From the human T2T-CHM13v2.0 reference genome, Homo sapiens, in NCBI RefSeq assembly GCF_009914755.1, contig NC_060939.1: a stretch of 64,000 bases of DNA; one strand, 5' to 3'. Shown one piece after another: positions 1 to 12,951 of the stretch. Below the pieces are notes generated by a model. It searched no databases. It saw nothing but the letters and a program-made list of their open reading frames with translations, and had not been told where the DNA came from. A program made the translations under genes and the position numbers. Each line of letters opens with the position of its first letter. Within the stretch, counting starts at the first letter, position 1.

Positions 1-1629
1 ATGAGTGTTTCCACACTGCTCAATCATAAGATAGGTTCAACTCCGATAGTTGAATGCACACATCACAAAGAAGTTTCTCAGAAAGCTTCTGTGTAGTTTT
101 TGATGAAGATATCTTCTTCTCTAAAACAGAACTCCAAGCCCTCCAAATATTCACTTCAAGATTCTACGGAAGGATTGTCTCAAAACTCCTAAATCAAAAC
201 AAAGGTTCAACTCTGTGTGATGAATGCATTCATCACAAAGAAGTTTCTCTGAGTGCTTCTGTGCAGTTTTTATTTGAAGATAATTGCTTTTCCAGTATAG
301 GGCGAAATAGGGCTCCAAATATTCACTTGCAGATTCTACAGAAAGAGAGATTCCAAACTGCTCAATCAAAACATAGGTTCAACACTGTGAGTTGAATGCA
401 CACATCGCAAAGAAGTTTCACAGAGTGCTTCTGGGTGGTTTTTATTTGAAGATATTTCCCTTTCCACAATAGTCCTCGAAGCTTTCCAAATATCCACTTC
501 CAGATTCTACAAAAAGAGTGTTTCAAAACTGCTCAATCAAAAGAAAGTTTCTACTCTGTGGGATGAATGCACACATCACAAAGTAGTTTCTCAGAATGCT
601 TCTGTGTAGTTTTTATGTGAAGATATTTGTTTTTCCACAGTAGGCCCCAATGAGCTCCAAATATTCACTTGCAGATTCTCCAAAGGTGTGTTTCAAAACT
701 GCTCAATCGTAAAATAGTATCAATCCTGTGAGATGAATGTACGTATGACAGAGAAGTTTCTCAGAATGCTTCTGTGTAGTTTTTATGCGAAGATATTCGA
801 TTTTCCACAGTACTCCTCAAAATTCTCCAATTATCCACTTGTAGATTCTGCAAAAGGAGAGATTCAAAACGGCTCAATCAAAAGATAGGTTCAACTCCAT
901 TAGTTGAAAGACCACATCACAAAAAAAGTTTCTCAGGATGCTTCTGTGTAGTTTATATGTGAAGATATTTGATTTTCCACAGTATGCCTCAAAGCGCTCC
1001 AAATATCCACTCACAGATTCTGCAAAGGAGAGATTTAAAACTGCTGAATCAAAAGACAGTTTCAACTCTGTGACTTCAGTGCACACCTCACAAGGATGTT
1101 TCTCAGAATGCTTCTGTGTAGTTTTTATATAAAGATATCTCCTTCTCCAAAATGGATCTCAAAGTTCTCCAAATATTCACTTCCAGATTCTATGGAAAGA
1201 TTGTCTCAAAACTGCTCAATCAAACCAAAGGTTCAACTCTGTGAGATGAATGCACACATCACAAAGAAGTTTCTCAGAGTACTTCTGTGTAGTTTCTATT
1301 TGAGGATAGTTCCTTTTCCACCACAGACCACAAAGGGCTCCAAATATCCATTGCAGATGGTACAAAAAGATAGATTCAAAACTGCTCAATCCAAAGGTAG
1401 TTTCAAACATGTGTTATGAATGCACACAGCACAGAGAATTTTCTCAAAATGCGTCTGTCTAGTTTTTATTTGAAGATATTATCTTTTCTACCATAGGCCA
1501 CAAACGTCTCCAACTATCCACATGCAGCTTCTACAAAAAGAGAGATTCAAAACTTCTCAATCAAAAGATAGGTTCAACTCTGTGAGAAAGAAGTTTCTCA
1601 GAATGCTTCCGTGTAGTTTCTATGTGAAG
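1..1629 (-). repeat. Alpha satellite, ~9.5 divergent 171-bp monomers (monomeric type, array edge)
   Basis: GGTTCAACTC...TGAATGCACACATCACAAAGAAGTTTCTCAGAATGCTTCTGTGTAG recurs about every 171 bp (~34, 205, 377, 547, 718, 889, 1059, 1230, 1400, 1571). Reverse complement of the alphoid consensus; no CENP-B box seen. Confidence 0.98.
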
Positions 1630-1630
1630 G

Positions 1631-1860
1631 TACACACACATCACACATACATTCAAACACATCTGTACATGTAAAATCCTTAGAAATATGAATAGGGTCT
1701 GAACCTGAGTTAATGGTATGGAAAGAATGTCAATTTCCTGATTTTGGCAACGTACTAGGTTAAGTTATATATAATCATTGGGGAAAGTTGCCTGAAAATA
1801 GCATGGTCATTCATTTTACTTCTTTTTTTAACTTCTTATGAGTCAGATTATTTTAAAACA
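1631..1860 (+). mobile_element. Old L1 (L1MC-like) 3' end fragment; left arm of an inverted repeat
   Basis: AATGTCAATTTCCTGATTTT...GGGGAAAGTTG...AACTTCTTATGAGTC matches L1MC/ME 3' UTR motifs; reverse complement of 3372-3605. Confidence 0.7.
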
Positions 1861-2038
1861 AAAGGTATTAAGCAAAGACAAAAATTTGAAAGTTCAAAAA
1901 TCAAAGCCCTTATGAATTTGGACATATGATTTGATTTCTTTTGTAGACCTTGATTTCTTCACCTGTAAAAATGGAATAATAGTATGATTCCTATCTCAGT
2001 ATTGTCATGCTTAAATCATACCACTTATGTTGGTGCCT

Positions 2039-2080
2039 GTATATATATATATACACACACACACACATATCTATATATAT
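2039..2080. repeat. (TA)n(CA)n microsatellite
   Basis: atatatatatatacacacacacacacatatctatatatat. Confidence 0.9.
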
Positions 2081-3169
2081 GACTGACTTTGACTGACTTA
2101 AGTCTATGATTTAAGATGCGGAAATTGGAATTTACCAGAACATTTGTGAATTGATTTGTTCTTATGCTTCACCAACTGTCATGGTAAAGGACACCTTAGC
2201 CCCAGCTCATAGTATGAAAACACGTAAATGCTTCTATGTGCCCTAAATTTCTCTTGGTTAAGCTTTATACTTTTTTTTTGTTTATGACACAGAAATATGA
2301 TCACAAAGTACATGTGTACCACAATATAAATTTCATGTATTTTGTCTCTGTGTTATGTTTTCTTTCCATTTATGTCTTTTCAAGCTAACAATTCCTAATC
2401 TCCTAATACAGTGGGCCTTTCAAGCACTTACTTCTTTTGATAGTCATGTTCTTTTAACTAGGATCTCACAGATAAAGTTATCAAAGCATGGAAAAGGATG
2501 AAGAAACTTGACTCCTTCCCCTCTCCATCCCCCACTAAATTCAATTCATCCCAACCTTGTATTTGTTTTGTTCTCCTGGAAAAGAAAATATAGTCATCAC
2601 CCTCAATAAATATACAATCTAGTTAGAGAGATATGACCTCAGAGTAGGATTTCTTAGTTTTGATTTTGATTATCTTCCTTTAGATATTTGGAAAGACAAA
2701 AATGCTCTATGCTTATGGACTGCAAGCAGTATGAGTGGAAAACAAAAGTAATAAATGTTACTTCTGACTTTATTATAATGTTAGGATTGTTAATAGTTAA
2801 CAATTACTTACTGAAGGAAGATTTAAATTGAATATTTCTAAATGGGAAAAATTTGAAAAGCAGGTGAGTCCATAAATTTTAGGACCCAGAATCTACTGAG
2901 CTAAAAACTCAATGAGAGTTAATTCTCTGTTGGTGTTGTAGCAATTCTTGAGGTTATTTCTGAAGACTCACATGAGAGCTAAACAATAAAAGAGGACTGA
3001 GACCACTTCAAGGGATGGAGAACACCTTCCTTTCTTGTTCAGATGATGCTCTGAGACATCGCTGTTTATTTTGACTGCCTCTTTTTAAACAAACTTCCAC
3101 TTAGGAACTTAAAAACCACCTGTAAACCAACAACCACAAAAAAGTGGGGAACTCAGTGTTTAAGCATTA

Positions 3170-3290
3170 TTGTTCACCAGACACAGTACTGGGCACTTAC
3201 ATAAATGGTATGGTTTAAGCATGACAATAATGAGATAGAAATTCTACTATCATTCCATTTTTACAGGTGAAGAAATCAAGGTCTACAAAA
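3170..3290 (-). mobile_element. MIR fragment
   Basis: MIR core CATTTTTACAGGTGAAGAAATCAAGGTC. Confidence 0.6.
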
Positions 3291-3371
3291 TAAATCAAAT
3301 AATATGTTCAAATTCATAAGGGCTTTGATTTTAGAAATTTTAGATTTTTTGTCTTTGTTTAATAACAATTA

Positions 3372-3770
3372 TTTTTAAATAATTTGACTCACAAGAAGTT
3401 AAAAAATAGTAAAAAGAATGACCGTGTTATTTTCAGCCAACTTTCCCCAGTAATTATATCTAACTTAACCTAGTACTTTGCCAAAATCAGGAAATTGACA
3501 TTGTTTCCATACCATTAACTCAGGTTGAGACCCTGTTCATATTTCTAAGGATTTTACATGTACTCTTGTGTAGGTGTCTGTGAGTGTATGTGTGATGTGT
3601 GTGTATAGATCTATGAAGTGTGGATTTATGTAACCATCACCATAATCTAGATGCAGAACTGCTCTATCACCACAAAGAAAGTACATGTTTTCATGTTATC
3701 CCTCTCTAATCACATCTTCCAACCAACCCTAACCTTTGGCAGCCACTGATCTGTTCTCCAGCACTAGGAT
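3372..3770 (-). mobile_element. Old L1 (L1MC-like) 3' fragment; contains the right arm of the inverted repeat
   Basis: CAGGAAATTGACATTG and CCTTTGGCAGCCACTGATCTGTTCTCC are antisense L1MC 3' UTR motifs. Confidence 0.7.
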
Positions 3771-4082
3771 TATGCTTTGTAAATCAGGTATTTTTGAAGC
3801 CAAAGCTCATGAGGTTGCTAAATAAATAATAATGTTTTATAAAATGTTATTTTCAGTCTTTATAAATGGCATACTGTAGCACATATTCAAATGTGCTATA
3901 CATGTATAGGTGGCAAAGTTTGAACATGGCTCTAAGTGCACAAATGTAAAAAATATTGTACACTTTTATCACAATATCCCTATTTGTAATATTTTCCCCC
4001 AAAAGCTAGTAGTAGTGATGTTTGCTTTCTCTTATTTAAATTATCCGAATTATAGTCATTACTAATTGAAAGTATGTTTTAA

Positions 4083-4348
4083 TACTGCCTGATTCCACTT
4101 ACGTAAGATATCTAAAATAGTTAAACTCCTAGAAACAGTGTAGAATACTGGTTGCCAGGGTCTGGAAGCAGGGGAAATGGGGGTTGCTGTTCGATGGGTA
4201 TAAAGTTCAGTTATAACAGATGAATAAGTTCTAGAGATCTGCTGTCAACAGAGCACCTATAGTTAACAAGATTGTATTGCACAGTTAAAAATTTATTAAG
4301 AGGATATATCTCATGTTAAACATACTTACTTCATTAACAGAAAAAAAT
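4083..4348 (+). mobile_element. L1MA/L1MB 3' end
   Basis: TGATTCCACTTA...GGTTGCCAGGG...GATGAATAAGTTCTAGAGATCTGCTG. Confidence 0.75.
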
Positions 4349-4979
4349 GGAATATTTTACACATAAAATTACATACATGCCTGAATTTCACATTTCGTTT
4401 CACAAATTGTACTGGTGCTAGAAAGGTATTTTTGTATTAAAAAACATCTAACTGAAGGAAAAGTTACAAATGAGTGATCATTCATAAATAAAATATAATC
4501 CTAGGGACCGCTGTTTTTCCATTTTGAACACCCTCCAAAATTAGTCTTAATAATTATGTTGGCTGAATGCAAAATAATGATTTCTCAAGAGGCAATAGAA
4601 AATAGAGAATAAGTCCATTCTTGAGAAAATTTATAATTAGTGAAAGTAATTTTTTCATCCTCTTTTCTTATTTAAATCTCAAGTACTCTCTGCCACTCTG
4701 TGCTCTTCTTTCTGGGGTAAAATATGCCAGCTATCCACAGTCAGGGCATTCTCTAACCACTCCTCCTTAGAGATGTCTACAGACTTTTACTCAGCTAGAC
4801 TGTCTTGTTGCCTGTCTTCATATCAACTTCGCAAGACGTGTGGACCATTCTCTTAGGCCCCTGCATGGCAGTGCATAATATATTCCATGCTAATTATCTA
4901 ATGAGGTTCACTAAATTAATCTTTTATTATACCACATAAAATACTCTTAGATCTAACAGTACAAACATTTCCAATTATG

Positions 4980-5282
4980 GGCCGGGCGCTGTGGTTCACG
5001 CCTGTAATCCCAGCACTTTGGGAGGCCGAGCTGGGCGGATCACGAGGTCAGGAGATCGAGGCCATCCTGGGTAACATGGTGAAACCCCGTCTCAACCAAA
5101 CATACAAAAAATTAGCCAGGTGCGGTGGCGGGCGCCTGTAGTCTCAGCTACTCACAAGGCTGAGGCAGGAGAATGGCGTGAACTCAGGAGGCGGAGCTTG
5201 CGGTGCGCCCAGATTGCACCACTGCACTCCAACCTGGGCGACAGAGGGAAACTCTGTCTCAAAAAAAAAAAAAAAGAAGAAA
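4980..5282 (+). mobile_element. AluY-like, full length
   Basis: GAGATCGAG..CATCCTGG.TAACA.GG and GAATGGCGTGAAC diagnostics, poly-A tail, TSD-like TTCCAATTA on both sides. Confidence 0.95.
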
Positions 5283-6064
5283 ATTCCAATTACATCACTC
5301 CTTTGAATTACATCCTAAGACTAATTTAAAGAGGGTATCACAAAAATAGAAATGATAGCGATAGAAAATGGTCCCAATTTTCACTGCACTGTTGCTAAGA
5401 CCACCTTGCCACTCATCATTATAGAATGCCTTTCAGGTAACATAATAAGAGCCATTTCTAAAATGGAACCTTACTATACCCATGTGTGACAGGCAGAGGG
5501 ACTCTATTATTATTCATAGTTTACAGATGAAGCAGTTAGATTTGCCCCAGGTCACTGGCTTATTCAATGACAGGCTAAGACAGAACCAAGTTTTATTCTC
5601 AAATAAGACCATAAAGAAGAGGATTGATCCAAATGAATTATAAAATTTTCTTACAGCCCCAGTAACAATAATAGATAAGCTAATGATTTCTTTAATAAAA
5701 ATCTGATATGACAAGTAGAATGTGACAGAATCAACATGATCAATTTATCAGATTTGAGTAGTAGTTTGGTAGCTAAATGTTGGATACTCTTGGACATAAA
5801 GATGACAGTATTTATGACGATAAAGATGACCATTCCACAGTTTGAGAATTTCTACAGAGAGAGAGATGAAGAAAATTTCTGAAGTTATTGAAACTGTGTG
5901 AAGATGAATTATTTGGTTGATGAACTGCTATCATTCTAAATGGACTTCACTTTCTCAAAAAATAACGCATAAGGATGAAATATGTATTGAATGAAAATTA
6001 TATTTTGTTTTTCCATTTTTTACCTAATAAAAAAATCAGAAAAACAGATTTTTTTAAAAAAAGA

Positions 6065-6221
6065 AAAGATGACTATAATAGACAATGGAGACTAGTAGAG
6101 GCAGTAGGGAGGGCAGCCAGGGTTGAAAAACTACAGGGCATTAAGCTTCGTATCTGCATGATGAGATCAGTCATACCCCAAACCTCAGCATGGCACAATA
6201 TACCCGGGTAACAAACCTGCC
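6065..6221 (+). mobile_element. L1PA15/16-like or L1PB-like 3' UTR fragment
   Basis: AGGGTTGAAAAACTAC...ACCCCAAACCTCAGCAT...GTAACAAACCTGC. Confidence 0.7.
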
Positions 6222-7484
6222 TAGACATTTGTGTAAAATGAGATGATTGCAGGGTAGTTTTAAAAGTCATTCCCCTTATGAAAATATGGAATGTTGTACA
6301 CATTATTTCATAGACTTTGTGCTTAGTTAAAGGTCTTAACCAAAAATTCTAAATGATTTCTCCTATTCATAAATAAATATCAATAACATCATTTTAATGG
6401 GCTCTATGAAGACCTTATTGTGTGATTGTATCATAATTCAACAAGTGCCCTATTGTTGAACACTTAGACTCTTTCTGATTATTTCCCTTTACAAAAAATG
6501 CTATATTATACATTGTTGTATGTATTTTTAAGTTATGAAATTGTTAGGGCAAAAGGTGAATAAATGTAAGGTCTTTGATAAATACTGTCAGAATTCTCTC
6601 CATAGAGGATACGATAAAGCATCTTTTCATTTGAAGGAACAAGAATAACTGCTAAATACTTCTGAGACTTCCAGTACTTTTTTGGTTTTAAGGTTTGTTG
6701 TTGTTTATTTGGTTTTTTGGAGGTTTTCTGTTTTGTTTTATAAGTAGGTTTCAGTATTACTAAGTATTCAGTCATGGTGGATATTCGAAGAATAATTTCT
6801 CTCTTTCGGATTATTCCTCTAACACTATGAGCAAGTATCACTGTGTTCTTTCTCTAAAGGAAAATATAAAGCATAGACAAATTAAATGCTGCTCAGATTC
6901 TAAAACTATGAAAATATAACAATGGAGAAACAAATAGCAAGTCTGCAGCTACTCAATGACTTTAGCATTGAGTGGATCCTAAAATGCCTATTTTTGCACA
7001 GAATGAAAAAGATACAGCAGGTTCCTTTGGAAGATCAAAGTGAGAAAATTGACTACAGCATTAACAGCCTTAAAATAAATTTTTGGCAGAATGGAAAAGT
7101 ATGCATAATTGAGAAAAGTACACTAATCTGTAGAATAAAATAGATATAAAAACAGGCTAAACCATAATGCTGCTGCCTGTTGTTTTGACAACAATCTTCC
7201 ACCTGTCCCTGACTGCTGTGTTTAGGGAATCAAAGTTTAGAGCTGAAAAAAATAGGAGGTTGCAGAGTTTAGGACGAAGGCAGCGTAGGGCTGTGTAAAT
7301 TGCAGAGAAGTCGGAGCCAGAAGACTTGAGTGGCATGCAATTGTGGATGGGCTATGAAATCCGGCAGCCTGCCTTTAAATACCAACTCAGACATTTACTA
7401 ATCCTATGATCCCAGGCAAATACCATATCGTCTCTTTGGCTCAGTTTCTACATTTTTAAATAGGGATAAAAATAGTGCCTTATT

Positions 7485-7805
<321 letters not shown>

Positions 7806-8257
7806 TTATTTATTAAATATTAGCCATTCTTTTATTATATAACTAGATTGGAACTGGGCAGGTCACCTTACCTTGTGTCTCAATTTCTTCAACTGTAAAA
7901 TGAAGTAGTTAGACAATGTGAGCATGTGATATCACAACTAGATGTGAAAGTCTATGGTCCTATCACAACAACAACAACAAACTCACTGGATGCTATCATG
8001 CTACCATTAGAGTAGGTTTGGAAATGATCCGAAGCCACCAAATTGAATATGAAAATAAAGAATTCAAAGCACAGTAGGGGAGTAAAGGAGAGAGGGGAAA
8101 TAAGAAAAGTCACTTTTACAGATAGATTTTTTACATCTACATTTGTCATCTGATACTATAATTATATCAAATATGTGATTGATTGCATAGGCAATAAAGT
8201 TACTATAAAACAGTCATTTGTGCATTGCAAGAAGAGTGGTTTTTTCCAACTTCCTTT

Positions 8258-8738
8258 TGTAAACCAATAAGTGAATGAGGCAGATCTCAAGTGATTTAGA
8301 GATTTTGCTTTGCAAGGTGGAGGATACACCTGGGAAAAAGAATCACAAGTCACAAGTAGGCAATGTCCTGTGCTTTTTCTAAAGAGGGTTTTGGGAACTT
8401 CAGTATTTAAAGGAGAAAGAGGAAGCAGGCAGGAAATTAAAACAGGGGAGGAAAAGAAGGAGAGAGGGAAGGCAAGGAAGCAAATGGCTACATTCTTGTG
8501 AGGCTCTGATTAGTGCTCAGTGAATCTGTATGTTACATGTGGCAAAAACAGGAGGAAGGAGTCAGTTGTGCATTCATCCTCTCAGTAAATCTACATTTTA
8601 CATAAGTTAAAGTAAGCATATGAAATTACAGCTGTTTGGGAACAAAAGGATGGCAGTTTTTGCATGACTCAGGTTCCAAGCTTAATTTTCCTTTGTCATA
8701 GTGAGTTTGGGGTCCTGAGATTTTATTTTCCTTTCACA
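8258..8738 (-). mobile_element. ERV1 solo LTR, MER4 family
   Basis: Minus strand begins TGTGAAAGGAAAATAAAATCTCAGGACCCCAAACTCACTA and ends TTGGTTTACA; 4-bp TSD CTTT on both sides. Confidence 0.85.
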
Positions 8739-9151
8739 CTTTCTACCAATATAAAGCTTCCTCATAGATGCCTTCTTTTTTCAAACATTAACAACCCTTG
8801 TGGTTTTCTCTCATTTTGAGTACAGAAAACATAATACTGTACAATAATTTTATCTGTCTTAAATACAAGACTGCTTATGATTCACTTAAAATAAAAAAAA
8901 TGGCTCCACATTTCTGGCTTTTAGTTGGATTATGATTTCAACCCCAAAAATCAGAGCTTTTTAACCTTGAGTTTGAGTTTCACAGACCCAGTAAAGTGGA
9001 AATATAGACTTTTTCTTAGGACAGTGTTATGACACTCAAAAGAATGGTGGCCAAACTTAATTACCTGTTGCAAACATCATTGCAGTTTTTTACTGAACTA
9101 TCAGAGACTTTCTTGTGCCTATCACAGTGTATATGCTAAATACATATTACA

Positions 9152-9475
9152 GGGCCAGGCACGGTGGCCCATGCCTATAATCCCAATGCTTCGACAGGCC
9201 AAAGCAGGAGCATTGCTTGAGGCCAAGATTTTGACACCTGCCTGGGCAACATAGCACAACCCCATCTCTAAATTTTTTTTTTTTAATTAGCCAAGCATGG
9301 TGGCAGGTGCCTGTAGACCAAGCTACTTGGGAGGCTGAGATGGGAGGATCAATTGAGCCCAGGAGTAAGTTACAGTGAACTATGATCACACCCCTGCACT
9401 TCAGCCTGGGTGTCAGAGTGAGACCCTGATTCTAAAAATAAAAAATAAATTAAAAATACATAAATACATAAATAA
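9152..9475 (+). mobile_element. AluJ
   Basis: TTGCTTGAGGCCAAG, CTGGGCAACATAG, GGGAGGATCAATTGAGCCCAGGAG; A-rich tail. Confidence 0.92.
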
Positions 9476-9599
9476 GTATTATGGAATCAACAAATAAATA
9501 AATTGAAAAAAGGATTGAGTAAAATTACTTAGTAATGAGGCCTTTGTTGTCTATCCTTATATAAAATAAATCCCCAGGCCCCCACATCCCCATTACTGT

Positions 9600-9790
9600 T
9601 CTTATTTTTCTCCATACCATTCATAGTCATGTTATACTACATATGTATTTGTTGATGGTCTTTCTCTTACTGGTAGAATGTAAGCTCCATGATAGAAGAG
9701 ACATTGTTGGTGTTTTCCTTTGTATTTTTTTCACTGCTTAATTCCCAGTGCACACAGTAAGCACACAATAAATATTTACTGTATGGATAT
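9600..9790 (+). mobile_element. L2 3' end fragment
   Basis: AGAATGTAAGCTCCATGA...CACAGTAAGCAC.CAATAAATATTT. Confidence 0.65.
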
Positions 9791-10224
9791 TTAAGCAAGT
9801 CACTTCCCTCAATTTCTTCAAATTATTTATGTCACTTTGAAGGTAAAATCTCTCTTCTATACATCATTTTTCCTTCAATCTCCACTTTTAATATCTGTCA
9901 CTGGCAAACGTAATAAGTATACTCATTGTTCAGGTCAATAATGAGAAATTTTAAGCACTTTATTAAATATTTATTGAGTGTTCCTCTATAATGGACACTG
10001 TACTATACATTTCTGCCTTATTTGTGGAATGTATTCAATGTAATTATGCCACACATGTAGACTTCCAGATCCTTGTGTCAAACTTACTTTCCTTGGCTTT
10101 GTTGGAAAACACATACTGTTATGAAGCTCACTTTAAGGCAAATATTTCTTGAAAATCCAAAACTGATAGATATATGTATGTAGGTTTCCTTCTTATATGT
10201 CTTTTACAAGCAATGAAGTTGTAT

Positions 10225-11308
10225 ATCTCCTTTAGGGTTTAATGTGTTTCATCAGATAATGCCCTAGAAGTTTTATCAAATTTTTCTGTCCACCTTTTGA
10301 AGGTGTATGAGAGTGAAAAAATGCAGTTTGCTGCTTCACTAATAAAACTAGGACAAACGCCATTCCAACTGAAATATGTGAAACACTTGGTTTTATTAAT
10401 TTGAAGCATTTTAAGCCTCTAAATTTGGACTCGAGTAAAGACATTTCATAGAAAAACTGAAATTTTTTTTGTTTATTTTTTAATCTTGATAACTTGTAAT
10501 AGTTTACAGCCACAGTGGCAGCTTTTATATGTGTACATGCATTTAAATACAGTTTCATAAATAGCCATGTGGCAAAATATCTGCCTTTAGGCAAAAAAAA
10601 AAATTTGCCACTAAATGAACATCTTTAAGTAATATTGAAAATAGATGTGAGGTAATTTTTTATCTAAAGTGACTGTAGTCTATATTAAGACATACTCACT
10701 GTAACAATTCAAGTTTTAAAATCCTTCTTTTATAACTCAAAAATGTGTCTTTTCCAAAAAACACATCTTTACATTTATTGCTATTGTACATTCATTTGGC
10801 AGGAAACAGGGATGTTTGATGTCTTGCAATGATAAAACAATCATATTCAATAGAAAATTATCTCACATTCTGCATGACTTTTGAACATTCTATAAGATAA
10901 TTACATAAGTGAAAAACCAATTTGTAGATATCTGAGTGAGTACAACCATTTAATAAATGTGAATAAAGCATTTCAGAACATTTTAATGTACACTGCATTT
11001 TCTGATAGTAAGATTTTAGGTTAAAATAAGATTATACTTTAAAAAGCTTACCATTTTGAAAAAAATCATATCACTGTTGGCAATGCCTTTTTCATATTTG
11101 AGATGCTAGTCCAACATATTGCATATCCATTTGTTTTTGTTTGATTTTATTGTTATTACATTCATGGTAATACTAAAATACACACACACACAATTACTTA
11201 GGTTTTTTTTTTTCAATAAAAAGCCCAAAGAAAAATGCTGACAATGTTCAGTTGAAATTTTGAAATTGGGTTTTATAATTCTGCCCACATAGCAAAAGCT
11301 GAAATGGT
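10225..11308 (-). other. Candidate terminal exon and 3' UTR of an unidentified duplicated gene fragment
   Basis: Minus-strand AG at 11310-11309, then ACC ATT TCA GCT TTT GCT ATG TGG GCA GAA TTA TAA (TISAFAMWAEL*), followed by ~1 kb of AT-rich sequence with no repeat I recognise, carrying AATAAA (~10472-10477) and ATTAAA (~10238-10243). Confidence 0.35.
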
Positions 11309-11607
11309 CTATGAAGATGTAGTTTTTGAAAGAATGAAGCAAGTAGTAAAACCAACAAAACCAAGTGAAAATTATACAAGGAAACACAATAATAAGTTAA
11401 CAAAAAAAATACACTTTTTCTTCATGTTGACAAGACATGATTTATTCCTTTCTAATATTTTCCCATCTCTTATAAATATATAAGCTTGATTGTTAATACT
11501 TTGTCTAACTCTAATTTTTATTCTGTTACCAATGTCATTAATACTTTATTTTTCTTTATTTCTCTTGTAAAGTGACTTCTGAACTTCCTAGTTTGTTTAA
11601 ACTATTG

Positions 11608-11912
11608 CAAGGTCAGAAAACCAAACACTGCATATTCTCACTCATAGGTGGGAATTAAACAATGAGAATACTTGGACACAGGCAAGGGAACATCACACAC
11701 TGGGGCCTGTCATGGGGTGGGGGGCTGGGGGAGGGAGAGCATTAGGAGAAATACCTAATGTAAATGACAGGTTAATGGGTGCAGCAAACCAACACAGCAC
11801 ATGTATACATATGTAACAAACCTGCACGTTGTGCGCATGTACCCTAGAACTTAAAGTATAATAAAAATAAATAAATACATAAATAAAATAAAATGAATAA
11901 AAAATAAATACA
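11608..11912 (+). mobile_element. L1PA (PA5-7-like) 3' end
   Basis: TTCTCACTCATAGGTGGGAATT...CCTAGAACTTAAAGTATAATAAAAA. Confidence 0.92.
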
Positions 11913-12046
11913 AACATATTAATCATAAGTAAATGAAACATCTGATAATCTCATTATGTCTGGTAATAATGTCACCTCTGAGTATTTAAATATTCATCTA
12001 CATATTTCTTTGCTAAATTTCCTTTTATTTCTCCTTTATATTAAAC

Positions 12047-12951
12047 TTTTTTTTAGAGAGCACAACTCCAAAACATCTTTTATTAATATAGAAAGGTCAT
12101 ATTTAGCAAAAGACACAAGTCAGGGAAGTGTCAGGCCTGAGGCCTGAGCTGTGCTGAGGGAGAAGGAGGCTCCGGACAAGTGCTGGGAAGGGCTGAGTGG
12201 TGGGGGCCACAGAAAGTTCCAGTGGGCAACACTGTCAGCAGGTCATGGGTGGGACTCACGGGGACCTCGTTGCTAACTCTTGTTGCGTTGGCGGGGTGGG
12301 GTGGGGAGGGGGGTCCTTAGTGCTGCCACCTGGAGTGAGAACCGCCCCTTGGTTCCTGGAGGGCACCCATCAAGGGACACAGGACAGGAAGCCCAGGATG
12401 GTTAGTGCAACTAGGGATGAAGGCCAGGGAGAAGCAGGTGCTCTGGAGTCCAGACACAGAGGCCTAGGAGCTTCCTGTTAAGTGTGGGCGTTCTGCTCTG
12501 TCTCTACCAGGCACTCTGACTAGGGATGGATGATACCTCTCTTCGGGCGCTTCACGGCGCTCTTGCTGCCAGCATAGGTGGGCCGGATCACTTTGCCCAT
12601 CTCCCCTGTGACCAACAGCAGTTCCGTGTAGGTGCTCTGGGAGCCCTGGACACCAGGTGGTTTCATGGCCTGCACACAACCGATGGTAGGCGGTTCAAAG
12701 TCTTTAAACAGTGGTCTGAAAGGGGCAGTGGCTCCCGGCCCTGGGCCCGATGGCGACGGGACGCTTCCTGTAGGGACCGGAGTGCCTGGCCCAGGGTTGC
12801 TGGAGCCGGGGGTGCTGCTGGGGGCAGGGGTGGTAGGTTTGTAGGACATCCCCAACTCCTGGGCGCTGGGGAAGCCAGCAGGCTGCTCTTCAGGGGTTGG
12901 CTGTGGGACCGCTCAGCAGCGATCTGATTGGCAAGCAGGCTGCACGCCCCC
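12047..12951 (-). pseudogene. CDK2AP2P: CDK2AP2 processed pseudogene (5' UTR, intronless CDS homolog 12849-12478, 3' UTR, poly-A remnant)
   Basis: Translation MSYKPTTPAPSSTPGSSNPGPGTPVPTGSVPSPSG...QAMKPPGVQGSQSTY...IRPTYAGSKSA...RGIIH matches CDK2AP2. Small deletion after GIIH gives TAG at 12522-12520. AATAAA at ~12079-12084, T-run at 12047-12054, duplicated TATATTAAACTTTTT flanks, TTTT/AA L1 endonuclease site. Confidence 0.95.

Noticed and set aside
54-1419. ORFs in alpha satellite, and a regular periodicity that could suggest a CRISPR array
   Set aside because: Whole 171-bp monomers repeat with no unique spacers; primate satellite DNA.
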